Assembly (NCBI RefSeq): GCF_009834535.1
Contig: NC_045696.1
Location: 102,736,001 to 102,800,000, forward strand
DNA length: 64,000 nt
Reading direction: 5' to 3'
Origin: Camelus ferus
Taxonomy: Eukaryota
Shown here: in pieces, positions 26,394 to 39,719 of the stretch
How the letters are laid out: every line of letters begins with the position of its first letter
How positions within the stretch are numbered: position 1 is the stretch's first letter
Program-made: the position numbers and the translations under genes
The notes under the pieces: model-generated
Databases searched by the model: none
What the model saw: only the letters and a program-made list of their open reading frames with translations
What the model was told of the DNA's origin: nothing

Positions 26394-28146
26394 TTCTAGA
26401 AAAATCATGAGGTTAATCTCGCTCATGTAAAGGCCTGTTGAGGACGCAGGTGCTCCACGCTGCTTATGTGTACTCCTGCTTTGCAAACGGGGAAGCTCAC
26501 GCTTGTTCTGCGTGGAGTTGAAGCTGTGACTGGAACTCGAGCCTGTCGACTCAGCTTTATCTTTGCAGCCACTGACTCTTGGTGACCTCAGCTGGTCTTA
26601 GGTCTTACTAGTTAATTTTGCTGAGTGTGCTCAAAAATGTATGAGTTCAGGTCAGAGAATTTGAGGGTCAAGAAATTGTTAAGTATTTTGTAATCAGTGT
26701 TGCAGTTGAGGGTTTCTTAGTTTCCTGTAAGAGCTGATTTTCGGGACTGTCACCTAAGGGGCATCAGGATAAACTGCTTAGTCTGCCTACGCTGGGGGTG
26801 GGCAGGAGTTAAGTCTAATTTGACAGCTACTGGATGTATTATTCTTTGGAAAATGGTGGCTGGTCTTCTAAGCAGGCTTGGAAGGACAACATGATGGGGT
26901 TGAGGCAAAAGTCACCCTAACTGAAGGATGAGAACTAGGAACTCTCCTGTGTCAAGCCAGGCAACAGGAAATGAAACTTATTGCAAACTTGGCAAGTCAC
27001 CAGTACTTCTATTCCTTGAGCTTTTCATCCATAACTTGTTCATTTTATAATTCCATAGTAGAATTAGAGATTCACATTGATGATTTGACACAATTTAAAA
27101 AGAAAAAGAGGCATCAGTAGCAAAATAATACCTTGTGAAAGCAACGCCGTCAGAGGCTGACTTGGGCTGCCTAGGGTACGGCCAGCTAAGTGGAACCAGC
27201 TGAACTTCTGTTTATAGCAGCTATGCAAATTAGAGGAAACTTGAAGCCTAGAACTTTCTGGGAACTCTCCTCGAATAGGTATGTAGGAATTGTTATTTTA
27301 AATTGGTTCCTGAAGTTAAAACTAAATATTGCCTCTGAATTGCTGTTATTATCGAACAGGACCAGCCATTGGTGTGCAGATGTCAGTGAGGAGGATTTTG
27401 TTCTTAGACTTAAAGCCTGAGCATAATTTACAGAACAGTCTCTACAAATGGGATAATTCATGTGTGTGGTCCTGTTGTTATAAATCATCATCGAAATTAC
27501 AAGGTGTTTATTTATTATTTATATTGCTGCTTTATTTTCAAAAAAGGTTTCAAGGTAGTGAAATTAGAGAGCAGATCAGTTATTATTTTCGGCAGAAATC
27601 TGGTTTGGGAAAATCCAGCAAACATTTGAGCAGTTTAAAATGTGGTATCAGAGTTTCCTTTAACTTTGAAGTATTAATGTGGGAAGATCAGAAAGTCACA
27701 GACCCAGGCCAGAAGTGGGAGCATGATTATAGCAATCCCATTTAAGCTGAGAGTTTGTGGTAAATTTTTCCTTATTTAACTAATTCATGCAAAAGGAGAA
27801 AAGCATAACTTGTCATATGTAGACGATCTTCAGTTCTCCAGGTTATTCACGTACTGTCACTTTGATAACTACTCACTGTTTTCTAATCAGCTGGAATTAA
27901 ATATACCAGTTATTATATAGTTGCAGATCCAGAATAATAACATGGTTTTCAGCATCCCTTCAAAAATATAGTTATCATTCTGTCTCATGTACATCCAATT
28001 CTGTGATGTCAGCGGATACATGTTCGGATGTCCTTTTCGCAAATGGGGAAGCTGAGGCCTAAAGAACTTGTATGCTGCCTGATACCATCATCCCTGCAAA
28101 TGGAGTGAAAAGATTGGGTGACAGAAATGCACCATCATGCACCTAT

Positions 28147-28305
28147 CTTTTTTTTTTTTTTTTTTTTTTACTTTTCTTTAGTGGGGGTAATTAGGTTTAT
28201 TTATTTATTTACTTATTTTTTATAAACAGAGGTACTGGGGATTGAACCCAGAATCTTGTGCATGCTGGGCAGGCACTCTACCACTGAGCTATACCCTTTC
28301 CCCTT
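28147..28305 (-). mobile_element. tRNA-derived SINE (Vic-1-like) with TSD
   Basis: Full SINE motif and long poly-T; direct repeat atgcacctat at 28137-28146 and 28306-28315. Confidence 0.9.
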
Positions 28306-31300
28306 ATGCACCTATTTAGCAAATAAATATTCACTCAGTGCTTATTGAGCATCTGCTGTATACCAAGCATTGGTTTGAGCCCTGAGGGTAAAAAGGGGCA
28401 AGGCACAGTTTCTGTCCTTAGGGAGCTTATAATCTGCTAGGGAGTAGTTAGACCAGAAAATCAGTAGCAATTATGTTGTATAAATAATTATGCTGCTCAC
28501 TGTTAAGTAGTTTTAAGTATTGATAATGTGGAATAAGGCTTATTGACATTTTAAAAATTATCGAAGGTCTTAGATTATTAAATGAAAATAGTGATTACCT
28601 CATGTGGTGTAAAAGATGGTATGACCCATTTTATATCTGTGCTACTCTAAGACTTAACAGATTGTTACTGGGTCCTTCATTTAACAGCACAGGGCTGTTT
28701 TACAACACACACCTTGATATTTCCAAATACACCTAATAGACAATTATGTAAAGGCATTCCTATACGATTGCCTTGGGGGTGAGTTTGTTGCTAATGTATG
28801 TTAAAGTCGTCATACTGAATCCATCCACCAAAAGCCTGATTAAATGTAAATGGCGTTCACATTTAAAGAAATGATACATTAAAAAGGTGATTGGGATTTA
28901 TGTCTTCCCAATAACCTTCAAATGGCTTCATGAAAAGGAAAGTCAGTGGTGGTGGGGCATGGGGTTGTGTGAAAATTGAAGCTTATAGTGATGCTCCAGT
29001 AAGGTTAGTGCTAGGTATGTAATTTGAGAAAACAAATAGTGAATTTAGACGGGAAGTCAACATTTAAATCACTTAATTATACCAAAGAGTATGGCCAAGT
29101 GTTCTAAAACTACTGTATTATTTGCCTGGCATTAACACAGCAGGATAGATAGGGGAATGGAATTTTGGCCTTACACACATAATTCCTGGCTTTAAGCTAC
29201 ACATAGGATTTAAAATTATATGGAGACTTAAATTCCTTAACTATGGGTTTTTAAGGTGTACATACACATTTGTTGGACTAGGCTTCGTTATTTCAGCTGC
29301 CTGAATAGTAATTTAACCCAATACCTGACTTCATATTATTTACATCTGATTCCTTAGTAAAGATGAGTGTAATTAACAGAGAATGTCTACATACCCACGC
29401 TTGAGGACTGTGTAAATGGGAAAAGAACACTATAGCTGTTTTTTATTTGTTTTTTAGTGAAGAGAGTCTAATTCAGAAACTGATTCTTATGATACTTAAA
29501 CTGTCCCAACTAGGTTTCAACTGATAAGATACTGAAAGAATTAAAACATTTTCCTTGCTGCCTTAAATCCTTGTGGGAAGCAGGGAGAATATAAATCCTA
29601 AATAAATAAGCAAGTAGGTGACGTTTTCCCACTGGGGCCTCACTTAAATTTTTCTAAATTTGTTTAGTTTCCTGTTTGCTTTTAAGGGCCTCTGTTGTTT
29701 GTTTTTGTTTTGTTTTTCTTTGCTCTCTCACATGGAAATCGACTATGTTTTTATTGATTGAAAACTTGATGTTTTATTAATGTACTTACTTGTACTGCTT
29801 GTGTTTTTAGTGCTGGGCTAAGGCACCCTTAGAAAGGGCTTAATGACTAGAGAAGAAAATGAGAAACCATGAAAATGAAGCCTTCATTGCGTGTTTCTTT
29901 TTTTCCTGAACGAGATCTCTTTAGTAATACACTAATGACAAAAAAAGTCATTTTTTCCTGAAACATTGCTATAATAATAGAGCGCAAAGATAACATATTT
30001 AAAACCCCTCTATTAAAAAGCAGTGTAATGAGAAAGCATTTGACAGAAGTAGAACACCCAGAAATGATTGGGAAGAATTTGTTTTCAAAAAGACTGGTGG
30101 AATTATTTTCACATTCCTTTCGCATCTCCAGAGTTTAATTTATGATGTGAAATTATGGGCAGATTTGATTGTTCCATAAATTTGCAAATTCCTACAAGGC
30201 ATCAGGTATTGACAGAAAAAAACAAAAGCAAAAACAACAGAGCATGTTCTCATGTGTTGGCTGCTATATGCTGGAGACCAGAGAAGCATTTAGAGGGCTC
30301 TTAATTCTAAGACTCTCTCTCTTTTTTTTAAACTTTCGCATGGTCCTGCTTTTAGGTTTTGGAAAATGTTCCCGGGGATGGCTGCTCGCCCTTGTTCCTT
30401 GCACAGTCAAGTTTAATCTCTGTGTAACCTCTGTGGCTCGTTGATCTTTGATGCTATGAAAAATGCAACCATGACCTTCAGCTTACACACCTGCACCTTA
30501 TAATTTAGCAACTTTTTATCAACAGTGGCAATGGCGGTTCTGGGGTACTCTTGAATTTCTTACTCTTGGAACTTGGGAGAATAGAAATGTTTTCTTCAGA
30601 TATATTATTTGTTAGATTGTAAGAGTCAATGTGGCAAGTCTCTGGAAAACCAACATAAATACCTAAAAATAAATGGAACACCCACAGAGACGTGGGGAGT
30701 TGCAGTCAAAGCTGCGCAAGCCCCGCCACTAAATATCACCTCTCTTTCACCACCTCCCCCTCAAGACGCTCCTGAGCACAACATATAATAAAACAGTGTT
30801 TCCCAAAGTGTGGAGGAAGGGACTTTTTAGTCACAAATGGGCTATTCTATGGACCAGGCTGATAAGAAACACAGGGAAGCCCAGTGGAGATTTGTGGCAC
30901 TGCTTACTGCTCCTGGGAATGAATGAATGGGGTCTGAGACGAGTCTAACACAGACTTTGTAAAAGCTCTGGGCTACGACCGACCTTCTGTGAAGAAATCA
31001 TAATTCATTAAAACCATTTTAAGGTACCTACCAGAGATCAGGTGTTGGGTTGAACACAGAGACAGCAATGATTGGAAAACCACGTCCCAGAACAGGGCTT
31101 GGCGAGGTAGGGAGGCTTTGAGTCAGGGAGATGTCCTGGAAATGCCTAATAGCACAGGGTGAGAGGGTTCATGGTGGAGGGCCGTATACGTGTGGCATTA
31201 CTCAGTGACTAGAAGAATGGACATTGGCAAGTTGTACTGAAATACAAGCCATTGTACTGAGCCGTTTACTAGGTATGTGATGCAGTTTCCAGAACTTTCC

Positions 31301-31947
31301 GAAGGTGGTTGTCACAGCCAGACCTGCCTCGTAAGGGTATGGTGAAGACTGATGAAAGGCCCTTGGCACACTGCTTGATGCAAGCAAGGACTCAATAAAT
31401 GTTTTTTTTTTTTTTCAACCTCTCTTCCAGGGCTGTAATAAGGCATAAAAGTGTGGTGTTTGTGTAGAACTTGACTGCAAGCCAACACATTTCAAGCTGG
31501 ATGGTAATCCCTTTGGGGCATGGCTAGTTCCCATTGGAAATACTCATTCCTGCTCACTATGTCCTTTCTTCACTTAAAATATGGTCTTTCATAAGACTTT
31601 GTCCACAGAAAGTCTTCCAAAACTTCCCTAATTCTCCTCGAGCCTTGTGCCCTCAGCTGGCCACCTCCCACCCAGCACCAACCGAGCTGCCCCTTAACTT
31701 TGAAAACTAGGCTGTTTAGAGGCACAGAAAGCCTTGTCAGTTAAAAATTACAAATAATTTTCTGTCTTTAGAGATGGAGACTTTAATTCACCTTTGGGAC
31801 CTCAAATCATCAGAGTAGCCCCCACAAGTTACACAAATGAAGTAATGCATTTATTTGTTTATTCCTAATAGAGACACCCCATGATACATAGTTAAGAATG
31901 TAATTTCTTGAGCCAGACTGCCTGGGTTCAAAGACCAGCTCCACTAT

Positions 31948-32486
31948 TGTGGTGGTGAGTCTCCAAAGATGACCCTAAGTACCCACACTTCCTGGAATTT
32001 GCACCTTTTCCCAGTACTGCCAAACATGGAATCTGGGCTGGCCCTGTGGGAAAATAGGATGGGGAAGATGTGACACTGCGTGACTTCCAGGCGAGGGCAT
32101 GTGAAATCTTAAAGCTTTGCCTTAGTCTCTTAAAATGTGAATTCTAGGGGAAGCTAGCTGCCATGTAAGGACCACCATGCTGTGAGGAAGCCCAAGCTGG
32201 CCATGTAGTGAGGCTTCATGGAGAGAGAGAAGGATGCTCTGACTGTCCCCAGCTGCGGTGCCAGGCCTGTGAGTGGAGAAGTCATCTTGGAGGACCGGCC
32301 CAGTCAAGCCTTGGGATGACTCAAGCCCTAGTTGATAACTGATAGTAACAGCATGAGATAATTCAAGCAAGAACCACCAGCCTGAGACCAGTGAACTCAC
32401 AGAACCATAAGAAATAAGAGAACATTGTTGATTTAAGCCCCCAAATTTGGGGGTTGTATGTTATGCAGCAACAAATTACCAAAACA
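31948..32486 (+). mobile_element. MaLR (MLT1-like) LTR inserted into a MIR
   Basis: tgtggtgg...gctgccatgtaagga...ttgttgatttaagcc...gttatgcagcaac...aaca. MIR halves (ctgggttcaaa...ccact / ttactagctgtgtgacc) lie on either side. Confidence 0.75.
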
Positions 32487-35359
32487 ATGACTTACTAGCT
32501 GTGTGACCCTGAGTTTGTTAACCTTTCCATGCCCCAGCTTCCTCAACTATAAAATACGGCTAATAATACTCCCTGCCTCATAGGATCCCTTTGGGCATTA
32601 AATTAGCACATGTATGGTACTAAGAACAATGCTTAACATGTGGTAAATACTGAAAAAAGAAAATTTATTAATTCATCCATGAAATATTTAGTGAATGCTT
32701 AATATGTGTCAGTCCCTGTTTTGTATTCTGGAGATATAATAGTGAAGGTTCTTGCACTGATGGTGTTTACTTTCCAGAGGGGAAGAGAGACACTAAAGTA
32801 GATCACAGAGAGCGGGGTGGGAATAAGTACTATGAAGACAATGAAACAAAGTGATGCAGGTGATGGGACATTTGAGCTGAAACCTGGATGATGCAACACA
32901 TCTCTCCACTGATGGTTCTTGAAAACATTGTGAGGTCATCACTGCTCTGAATGCAGATGATTGGGTATGTGGCATTAAGCAACTTCTGGGGTTTCTAGTC
33001 CATTATAAGTAGAGTACAAAATGTATTCTGGATGGTTATGAGTGGGAAGGCCTTACTCATGAGTTAAGTTTAGCTCCTGCAGAGAAGGTAGTGGATTTGG
33101 TTTGCTTCTTTGCTTCTTTGTATTTGATTTGTTTGGTTTTTACTTTTGTAAGGTGCTTTGGGATGTGGAGAGGGGACGGGCTGAATGGTCAGTTTTTGTG
33201 AGTAGCTTTGCCTTGGGTACCAGGTGACACGGTGTGATGCAGAGTTGGGAGGAAACTTGTCATTGTCCCCACAGAGCATCAAGAATTAGCATCCTTGAAA
33301 CAGGTAGAGGCTTCCTCTTCATCAGCCTGTTCAGGGGACTTGGAGGGCACATCCATCAACAAGAAAATTTTGTTTATCCATTTATTTGTGAATGGACACT
33401 TTTTGGGGGGCAATTTTGAATAATGCTGCTGTGACCATTGGTGTACAAGTGTCTGTCTGAGTCCCTGCTTTCAATCCCTTTGTGCCTACGCCTAGGAGTG
33501 GAATTGCTGGACCATGTGGTACTTCTATGTTTAGCGTTTTGAGGAGCCACCAAAATGTTTTACAGTAATAAGAGAGGAAAGACATGTGGACGTTACCGCT
33601 AGGGAGCCAGACGGCTTTGTGAGCCTGTGTATGCATCCCTTGGAGATGCTCCAAAACGACTGGGATTTTAGGGGGGATTCTGGCACAATCATCAAGCCTT
33701 AGGAACTTGTACCATTGTCCATTGCCCTTCAGAGATTACAACTAAGCATGTATTATTTGGAGATACATCTGTGTGGTAGAGAAAAATTTTTTTAGAGTAA
33801 GGGAATCATCAGGAGCCAGGCAGCTACTTTAAGAGTTAGCTGCCCAATATACTTGTTTTTATCATTGTGAGTTATAATTTTAGTGAACTTGATTTATTGT
33901 TCTCCGTAAATCTTATATACATTTATTTATTCCTATAAATCTTAGCAAGGTGTATATTGTTTCAGTATTCTCTATAAATCTTAGCTGTATCCATCTGAAA
34001 ATAATGAAACTACATTTCTCAACATAGAAATAAATCATAGAATTATTAAGTCAGAAAAAAGTTATCAGACAGCGTTCCTATCTCTCTATCCCCCAGTGCA
34101 GGCTGGAATCTACTGCCTCTGTGTTCCTGTAGCATCTGGGGAGTATCTTTATTGCAGCGCTGATCACTGACCATCTGCGTCCTTTACTAACTGTAAAGCT
34201 ATTGAGGACAAGACCCTTATTTTAGTTGTCTGTTTTCCAAGTAGTTAATAGAGTGCTTGGCACAGGCAGTAGTAGTTGAAAGAAAGAATGGATGTATAAA
34301 TAAGTGAATGAATGAATAGGTCAATTAATTACTGCACCTGCTTTTAGGCAGAACAACACGGAAGCCATAGATCTCTGCAGAAGAGTATCTGTTTATTGCC
34401 AGAGATCTCTGGGGAAGGCGACTTGCTCTGAAAATGTTCGTAGTCTGTAGAATGCTGTCGTTGAAAGAGAGGCTCTCTTCCTGTGTCCTGCCCGGCTGCA
34501 CCTCTAGTTGTGTTCCACGTGTGTGCTGTCTGCAGCCCCCCACCCCAGTTTGTGCATTATCAGTCACTGTATGGTTGTCCTTGTGTGACCACCAGTCCCT
34601 CAGCATATCTACTTCAGTGACATGAACTAAACAACGCACCATTTGGATTTAATGTTGGTTACTGAATATTTACTTTCCAGTATGGGTGAACATTTCTTAG
34701 CAGCATCACGGACTGAAGGTCTTCTTATTGTGGCTTCTATGTTGACATCCCAGGGCACAGTTAGTTACAGTATAAATGCACATTACACTTCGCGTATGTG
34801 CAAGAGTCCAATGCTGCATTATTAATGTTGACTTTGATAGCTGCTAATTTTATGTATAAAACCATTTGGGGTTGGAATTTGTAAATAGTTAAATAGAGAA
34901 ATAGATGAACAGTTAATATGAGTTACGGGTGTATTCTGTTAGCTATTTAGCTTTGGGAAAAACACTTTCTTTTAAAGCCATCAAATCCTTATAAAAAGTG
35001 GCAAAAGGCTGAATGAAAGAGATGAGATTATAGCATAATTCTAACATTTGTAGAATTATTTGGTGAATGAGCATTTATAACATTAAGTCACCTCCCCTAA
35101 AGTATTATGTTTAAGTTTAAATATTTCATTCCATTTTGGTCGTAAATCTTTTGGAAAAAAGCCACTTGGGGGGAATTCTTCACATCTCGTGAGGATGAAT
35201 GAACTGTAAAATCATCGTTCTGTTGATGATTATACCTGCCTCTGGCTGAACAGTGATTTTCACACTTACCCCAGTGATCCTGGAAACCTTTATGAGGGAA
35301 ACAGACACGGTAGCTTCTGTGGCAGAGCCAGGCCAATAAGAGGCGAGATTTTTCTTTCC

Positions 35360-35945
35360 ACTTGGTGTTATTTTGTGGACTGTGATGAAGACCAAAGCAG
35401 GACCAGTAGGAGATGTACATATACACACAAGCCTGTGTACAAACACATGCATATAAATACATACCCATGTATGCATATAAACATATGTACACACAAACAT
35501 ACACACATGTGCATGTAAACACACACCTGTGTATACGTATAAACACACGCACACAGCAACATACACATATGTGCATGTAAATACATACACGTGTATATAT
35601 GTACATGCATAAAGAGATTTGTTTCAAGGAATTGGCTTATGTGATTGTGGCAGCTGGCCAGTCCGAAATTCGTAGGGCTATAGTGGGTAGACTGGCCAGG
35701 AACTGGTGCTGCAGTCTTGAGGCAGGATTCCTTCTTCCTTAGGGAAACCTTGATTTTGCTATTAAAGCCATTCAGCTGACTGGACGAGGCCCACTCCCAT
35801 TAATCAAGATAGTCTTCTTTACTTATGGTGAGCTGATTGCAGGTGTTAACACAGCTATGAAATACCTTCACAGCAACCCTAGGTTAGTGTTTGAATTATG
35901 GGTTCTGCAGCTCAGCTGAGGTGACAGGTGAAACTAACCATCCAG
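35360..35945. mobile_element. MLT2-like (ERVL) LTR containing a degenerate (CA/TA)n tract at about 35415-35610
   Basis: gagatttgtttcaaggaattggcttatgtgattgtgg...aataccttcacagcaacc...aactaaccatc is the MLT2 signature. Confidence 0.75.
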
Positions 35946-36966
35946 CGGCACTGCAGGGTTTTGGGCAAGGAGTGACGTAATGTGACTTGAGTTTGTAAAG
36001 GATCACCCTGGAGGCTGTGTTGAGAATAAAACATGGGGTGCAGGGACCGACGTGGGGAGACTAGTTAGGAGGCTATTCCTGTAATTCAGCTGGGAGATGA
36101 TGATGGCTTGGACCAGCGTGGGAGCCATGGAGGGGGTGAGGCATGGTCAGTTTCTGTATACTTTAGAGTAGAGCCAATAAGAATTACTGATGGACAGAAT
36201 GTGGGGTGCAAGAGAAAGAGGGGAGCCAAGGATGACTTCCAAGTCATTGGTCTGAGCACACTGGGAGGATGGAAGTGAGAGCAACTGTGACAGGGAAGGT
36301 CAGGTGGAGCGGATTTGCCCGGGGTGATCAGGGGTTCTGTTTCAACATGTTAAGCTGGGGTGTACATCAGACCCCACAGCAAGATGTCATTCCAAATACT
36401 GCTTAACCAGCAGAGAGAACAGGAGGCAGGTAACATTTGCTTTGTATTCTTGAATCTGTGCTTCAGGAGAAGTTACAAAAATGCAAACGTGATCAGATGG
36501 CAACCAGTGAGCCCTGTCTTTAAAGCGTGCGGTTCCAGGACCTGGCTGCAGGAAATGGCTCTTAGGTGTGCTGGCTGCTGAAGATAAAGGTGCTCATGCA
36601 AGTTTCTGAAATGAAGAAGGATATATAGTAAAAAAAACAAAAAAGAACGCTTCCCTTCACTGATAATGTCAATAAAGCCATTTCCTCTACTTCAAATGAC
36701 CTGCTCTGGTGTATTACAGCAATAAATCTTATTTCTTGCCCAGCCTAAACCTATTATTCAGAGCCTACCATCACTATTTTACATTGAAAATAAGGTATTG
36801 GAATCTTTTGAGACTGAACTGTGGTACAGAGGGCTTGGTTGCTGAGAGTTTGGCATATTCCCAACACTGGAGATTTTTCTTCACTTTTCAACAGTTTATT
36901 GGGCCTGTTTTCAAGCCGTGCTCAAATGCTGCAGCAGAATGTGAAAAAATGCTTTCTAGAGCTAAA

Positions 36967-37113
36967 CTGGGGGAGGGGGGGGAGTGGTTTGCAGGGGGGG
37001 AAGTAATTAGGTTTTTTTCCTTTAAAACTTTTTTTGTGAAGGCACTGGGGAATGAACCCAGGACCTCATGCATGCTAAGCATGTGCTCCACCACTGAGCT
37101 ATACCCTCCCCAC
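36967..37113 (-). mobile_element. tRNA-derived SINE (Vic-1-like) with TSD
   Basis: SINE motif flanked by the 12-bp direct repeat tctagagctaaa at 36955-36966 and 37114-37125. Confidence 0.9.
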
Positions 37114-37624
37114 TCTAGAGCTAAATGTTATCTGAGACAGAATCAGGAACCCGTGCACTGTTCCTGCCCAACTTGAAACAGTCAGCTTTCTAGGTCTTGA
37201 GTGTGATAGGTCCATCAGCCTAACATTTTACAGAATTTTACCCTTTATAATGAGCAATCACTCCATTACTCTGAGTCCTAATTTGATTTGACTCTCCGGA
37301 TCAGCCTGACAAAAACAGCAAACACATTCTTGACATCCTGTTATTCTCAGGAGTTTCTGACTTTTAGAGACAAGAATTAAAAAATAAAGCTGACTGCCTT
37401 TGGGACTGTTACCAGATGTATCGGTGCACTTTAGAATCAGCCCTCTTGTTTATGTGAAAATAGTGTTAATTGTAAGACAGTACATTAATTTAATTTTAGA
37501 CTTAAAAACAGGCCTAAAGTTGTCAAACTGTGTATATTCCCAGTATCCATTAAATGGTCCTTGGAGGCTGAAAGTTTGAGAAACATGATCTGAGACAATG
37601 TTCTCAGAAGCTGTTCTCAGAAGC

Positions 37625-38194
37625 TGCTGAACGCAAGGTCATGTGCCAGATGGACAGTGAGGCCAAACAAATTGAAACATCGGAGTCTGGAGCAGAGAAA
37701 GTTTTAAGGCCGGGCCAAGCAGGAAGAGTGGGTGGCTTGTGCTCAAAAACTCTGAACTCCCTGATGGTCTTGGCGGAGGGAAGTTTTTATAGGCAAAATT
37801 TGGAGTGAGGGCTGCAGGATGCGTGACTTTCTTCTGATTGTTTGGTGGTGAGGTAACAGGGTGTTGTCCCAGGAATCTTGTGCTCAGCCTGAAGCTGCCA
37901 TCCTTGACCTGGGTGGGGGCCTTCTTTGGGCAGAAGAACTCAAAGATATTGTTGTGTCTATTCCTTGAGGAGGAACCAGGACCCTGCTTTAGTTGCTGCA
38001 CTATTGTTTCTTGACTGTTCCACCTTGTTTCTGCATCCTCTCCCCTGATGAGCAGCTGTTCGAATCTGCCCTTTGGAACTCCGGGAAGGTCTAGGAGGCT
38101 GAAGCCTATCTTCTGCAAACCAGAAACGGGACACTGAATGTATATGTACGGGGGTGGGGAAGGGGGGGGGCACACAGGGTCCTGCTCAGTTTCA
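37625..38194 (-). mobile_element. ERV1-like solo LTR
   Basis: TG...CA termini and 4-bp TSD aagc (37621-37624, 38195-38198). Blocks of clear similarity to the LTR at 38617, e.g. gggccaagcagga and cagggtcctgct...tttca. Confidence 0.8.
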
Positions 38195-38616
38195 AAGCCA
38201 TAGTTACCTCTGACCTTTTCTTAGAGTCTAACAATGTGACCTGACACATGGTACATTGTTGATAAATATTTGATAAATTTATTGAAAAAAATTGGATAGC
38301 CTTCCTGGGAGAAACAAAAGAAGTAACATCGTTCCCTTGTGTTTTTACCCCTGCCCTTGAGGAACTTACATTCATTTGGCAAGAGTTTACAGCCATTGTG
38401 TTCCTGTGTTTTACTGACGAGTTATCAATACGTTCTGCTGCAGTTTTCTCACACAGTATATTTCTGAGCAGAAACCAAGAACCATAAGTCACAACCCTCC
38501 GCAACAATTCAGCTTTAGCTCTCTTGGGAAACTATCAAATTAACCACTGATATTTTCTAGTTTTATTTATATACAGAATGGCTGTTATTTCAGATTGAGA
38601 GTACAGTTGGTGTTAA

Positions 38617-39398
38617 TGTCACTGAGCCAAACTTGGGTCCGCTTGCCTGCCCACTCTGCAGCAAAGCTAATATACTGACTCCCTGGTTGTGGTGAAGGAA
38701 AGTACAGTGTTTATTTGCAAGGGGCCAAGCAAGGAGAATTGGCAGCTTATGCTCAAGAAACCCAAACTCCTTGATGGCTTTCAGGGAAGGGTTTTTAAAG
38801 GCAACATTTGGGTTGAGGATTGCAGCTCATGGACTTTCTTCTGATTGGTTGGTGGTGTGGTAACAGGGTGATGTTTTGGGGATATTAAACATCAACCTTC
38901 CGGTTCCAGCCAGTCTGGGTTCTGAGTGCTTGTGGTCAGCATGTAGGCACCATCTTCCATTACGGTGTGGGTCTTATTTTCTGCAGAACAACTCAAAGAT
39001 GTGCATCACATTGTTATGTATATTCCTTGAGGAGGAACAAGGACTCTGTTTTATCATTGAACTACTGTACAAGCTATCTTGCTTAACTGCTTTTCCTTTA
39101 TTTCTTAATTTTTTTTCAACTTCTCTAATTAGTAAATGCTTAGTCTGCTCTTTGGAACTCAGGGAAGGCCTCTAGGAGACTATAGCCTTTTTCTACAAAC
39201 AAGAAATAGGGGACGTGGAGATGCTTTTGTACCCAGGTGGGCTCACAGGGTCCTGCTTGATTTCAGTCCCCCCTTTTCTTTGATACTCTTTGATCCTGAG
39301 GGGAACAGGGGTGGGACAAGAAAGAGAGTAAAGTTTTGGATAGAGAGATTAATTATAAACTCGGCAGGGGAACCCAGTTTTAGGGAGACTGGGTTTCA
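38617..39398 (-). mobile_element. ERV1-like solo LTR with a 133-bp extension containing a polypurine tract
   Basis: TG...CA termini and 4-bp TSD ttaa (38613-38616, 39399-39402); similar to 37625-38194 up to 39265. Confidence 0.8.
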
Positions 39399-39719
39399 TT
39401 AACAAGACAGGATAAGTTGGATGTGGCATGTAATAAATTGTGGGATTTTTATAATCGACAACAGGGTGATTGACTATGTCTAAACTTTATAGCAATTTGT
39501 TATACAGATTCATATCAATTTCAAACTTTTTTCTAAATAGCAGATTTAAAGTTTGCACAGTGTTGTGGATAGCATTGTCATGATAGATAACACTTGTAAT
39601 TTTAGCCAACATTTATTGGGCATTAAGTAAGCTTGGCAAGCACTTTCCTAGTTGATAGACATATGTTTGTACCACCTGCATGGCATTGTGTGTATCTGCT
39701 TGCTTTGGTTAGTTTTTTT

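Noticed and set aside
33900..33990. Three spaced copies of a ctataaatcttag-like motif, superficially repeat-spacer; similar short direct repeats at 54674-54717, 57701-57740, 47181-47209 and 10986-11060
   Set aside because: Two or three short degenerate units in mammalian DNA are ordinary local duplications, with no CRISPR-like regularity or associated genes.
35097..35627. 176-aa and 136-aa Cys/Val/Tyr-rich ORFs
   Set aside because: Translation of a degenerate (CA/TA)n tract within an MLT2-like LTR.
37639..38175. 178-aa minus-strand ORF
   Set aside because: Lies wholly within a solo LTR, has a non-ATG start and shows no recognisable protein motif.
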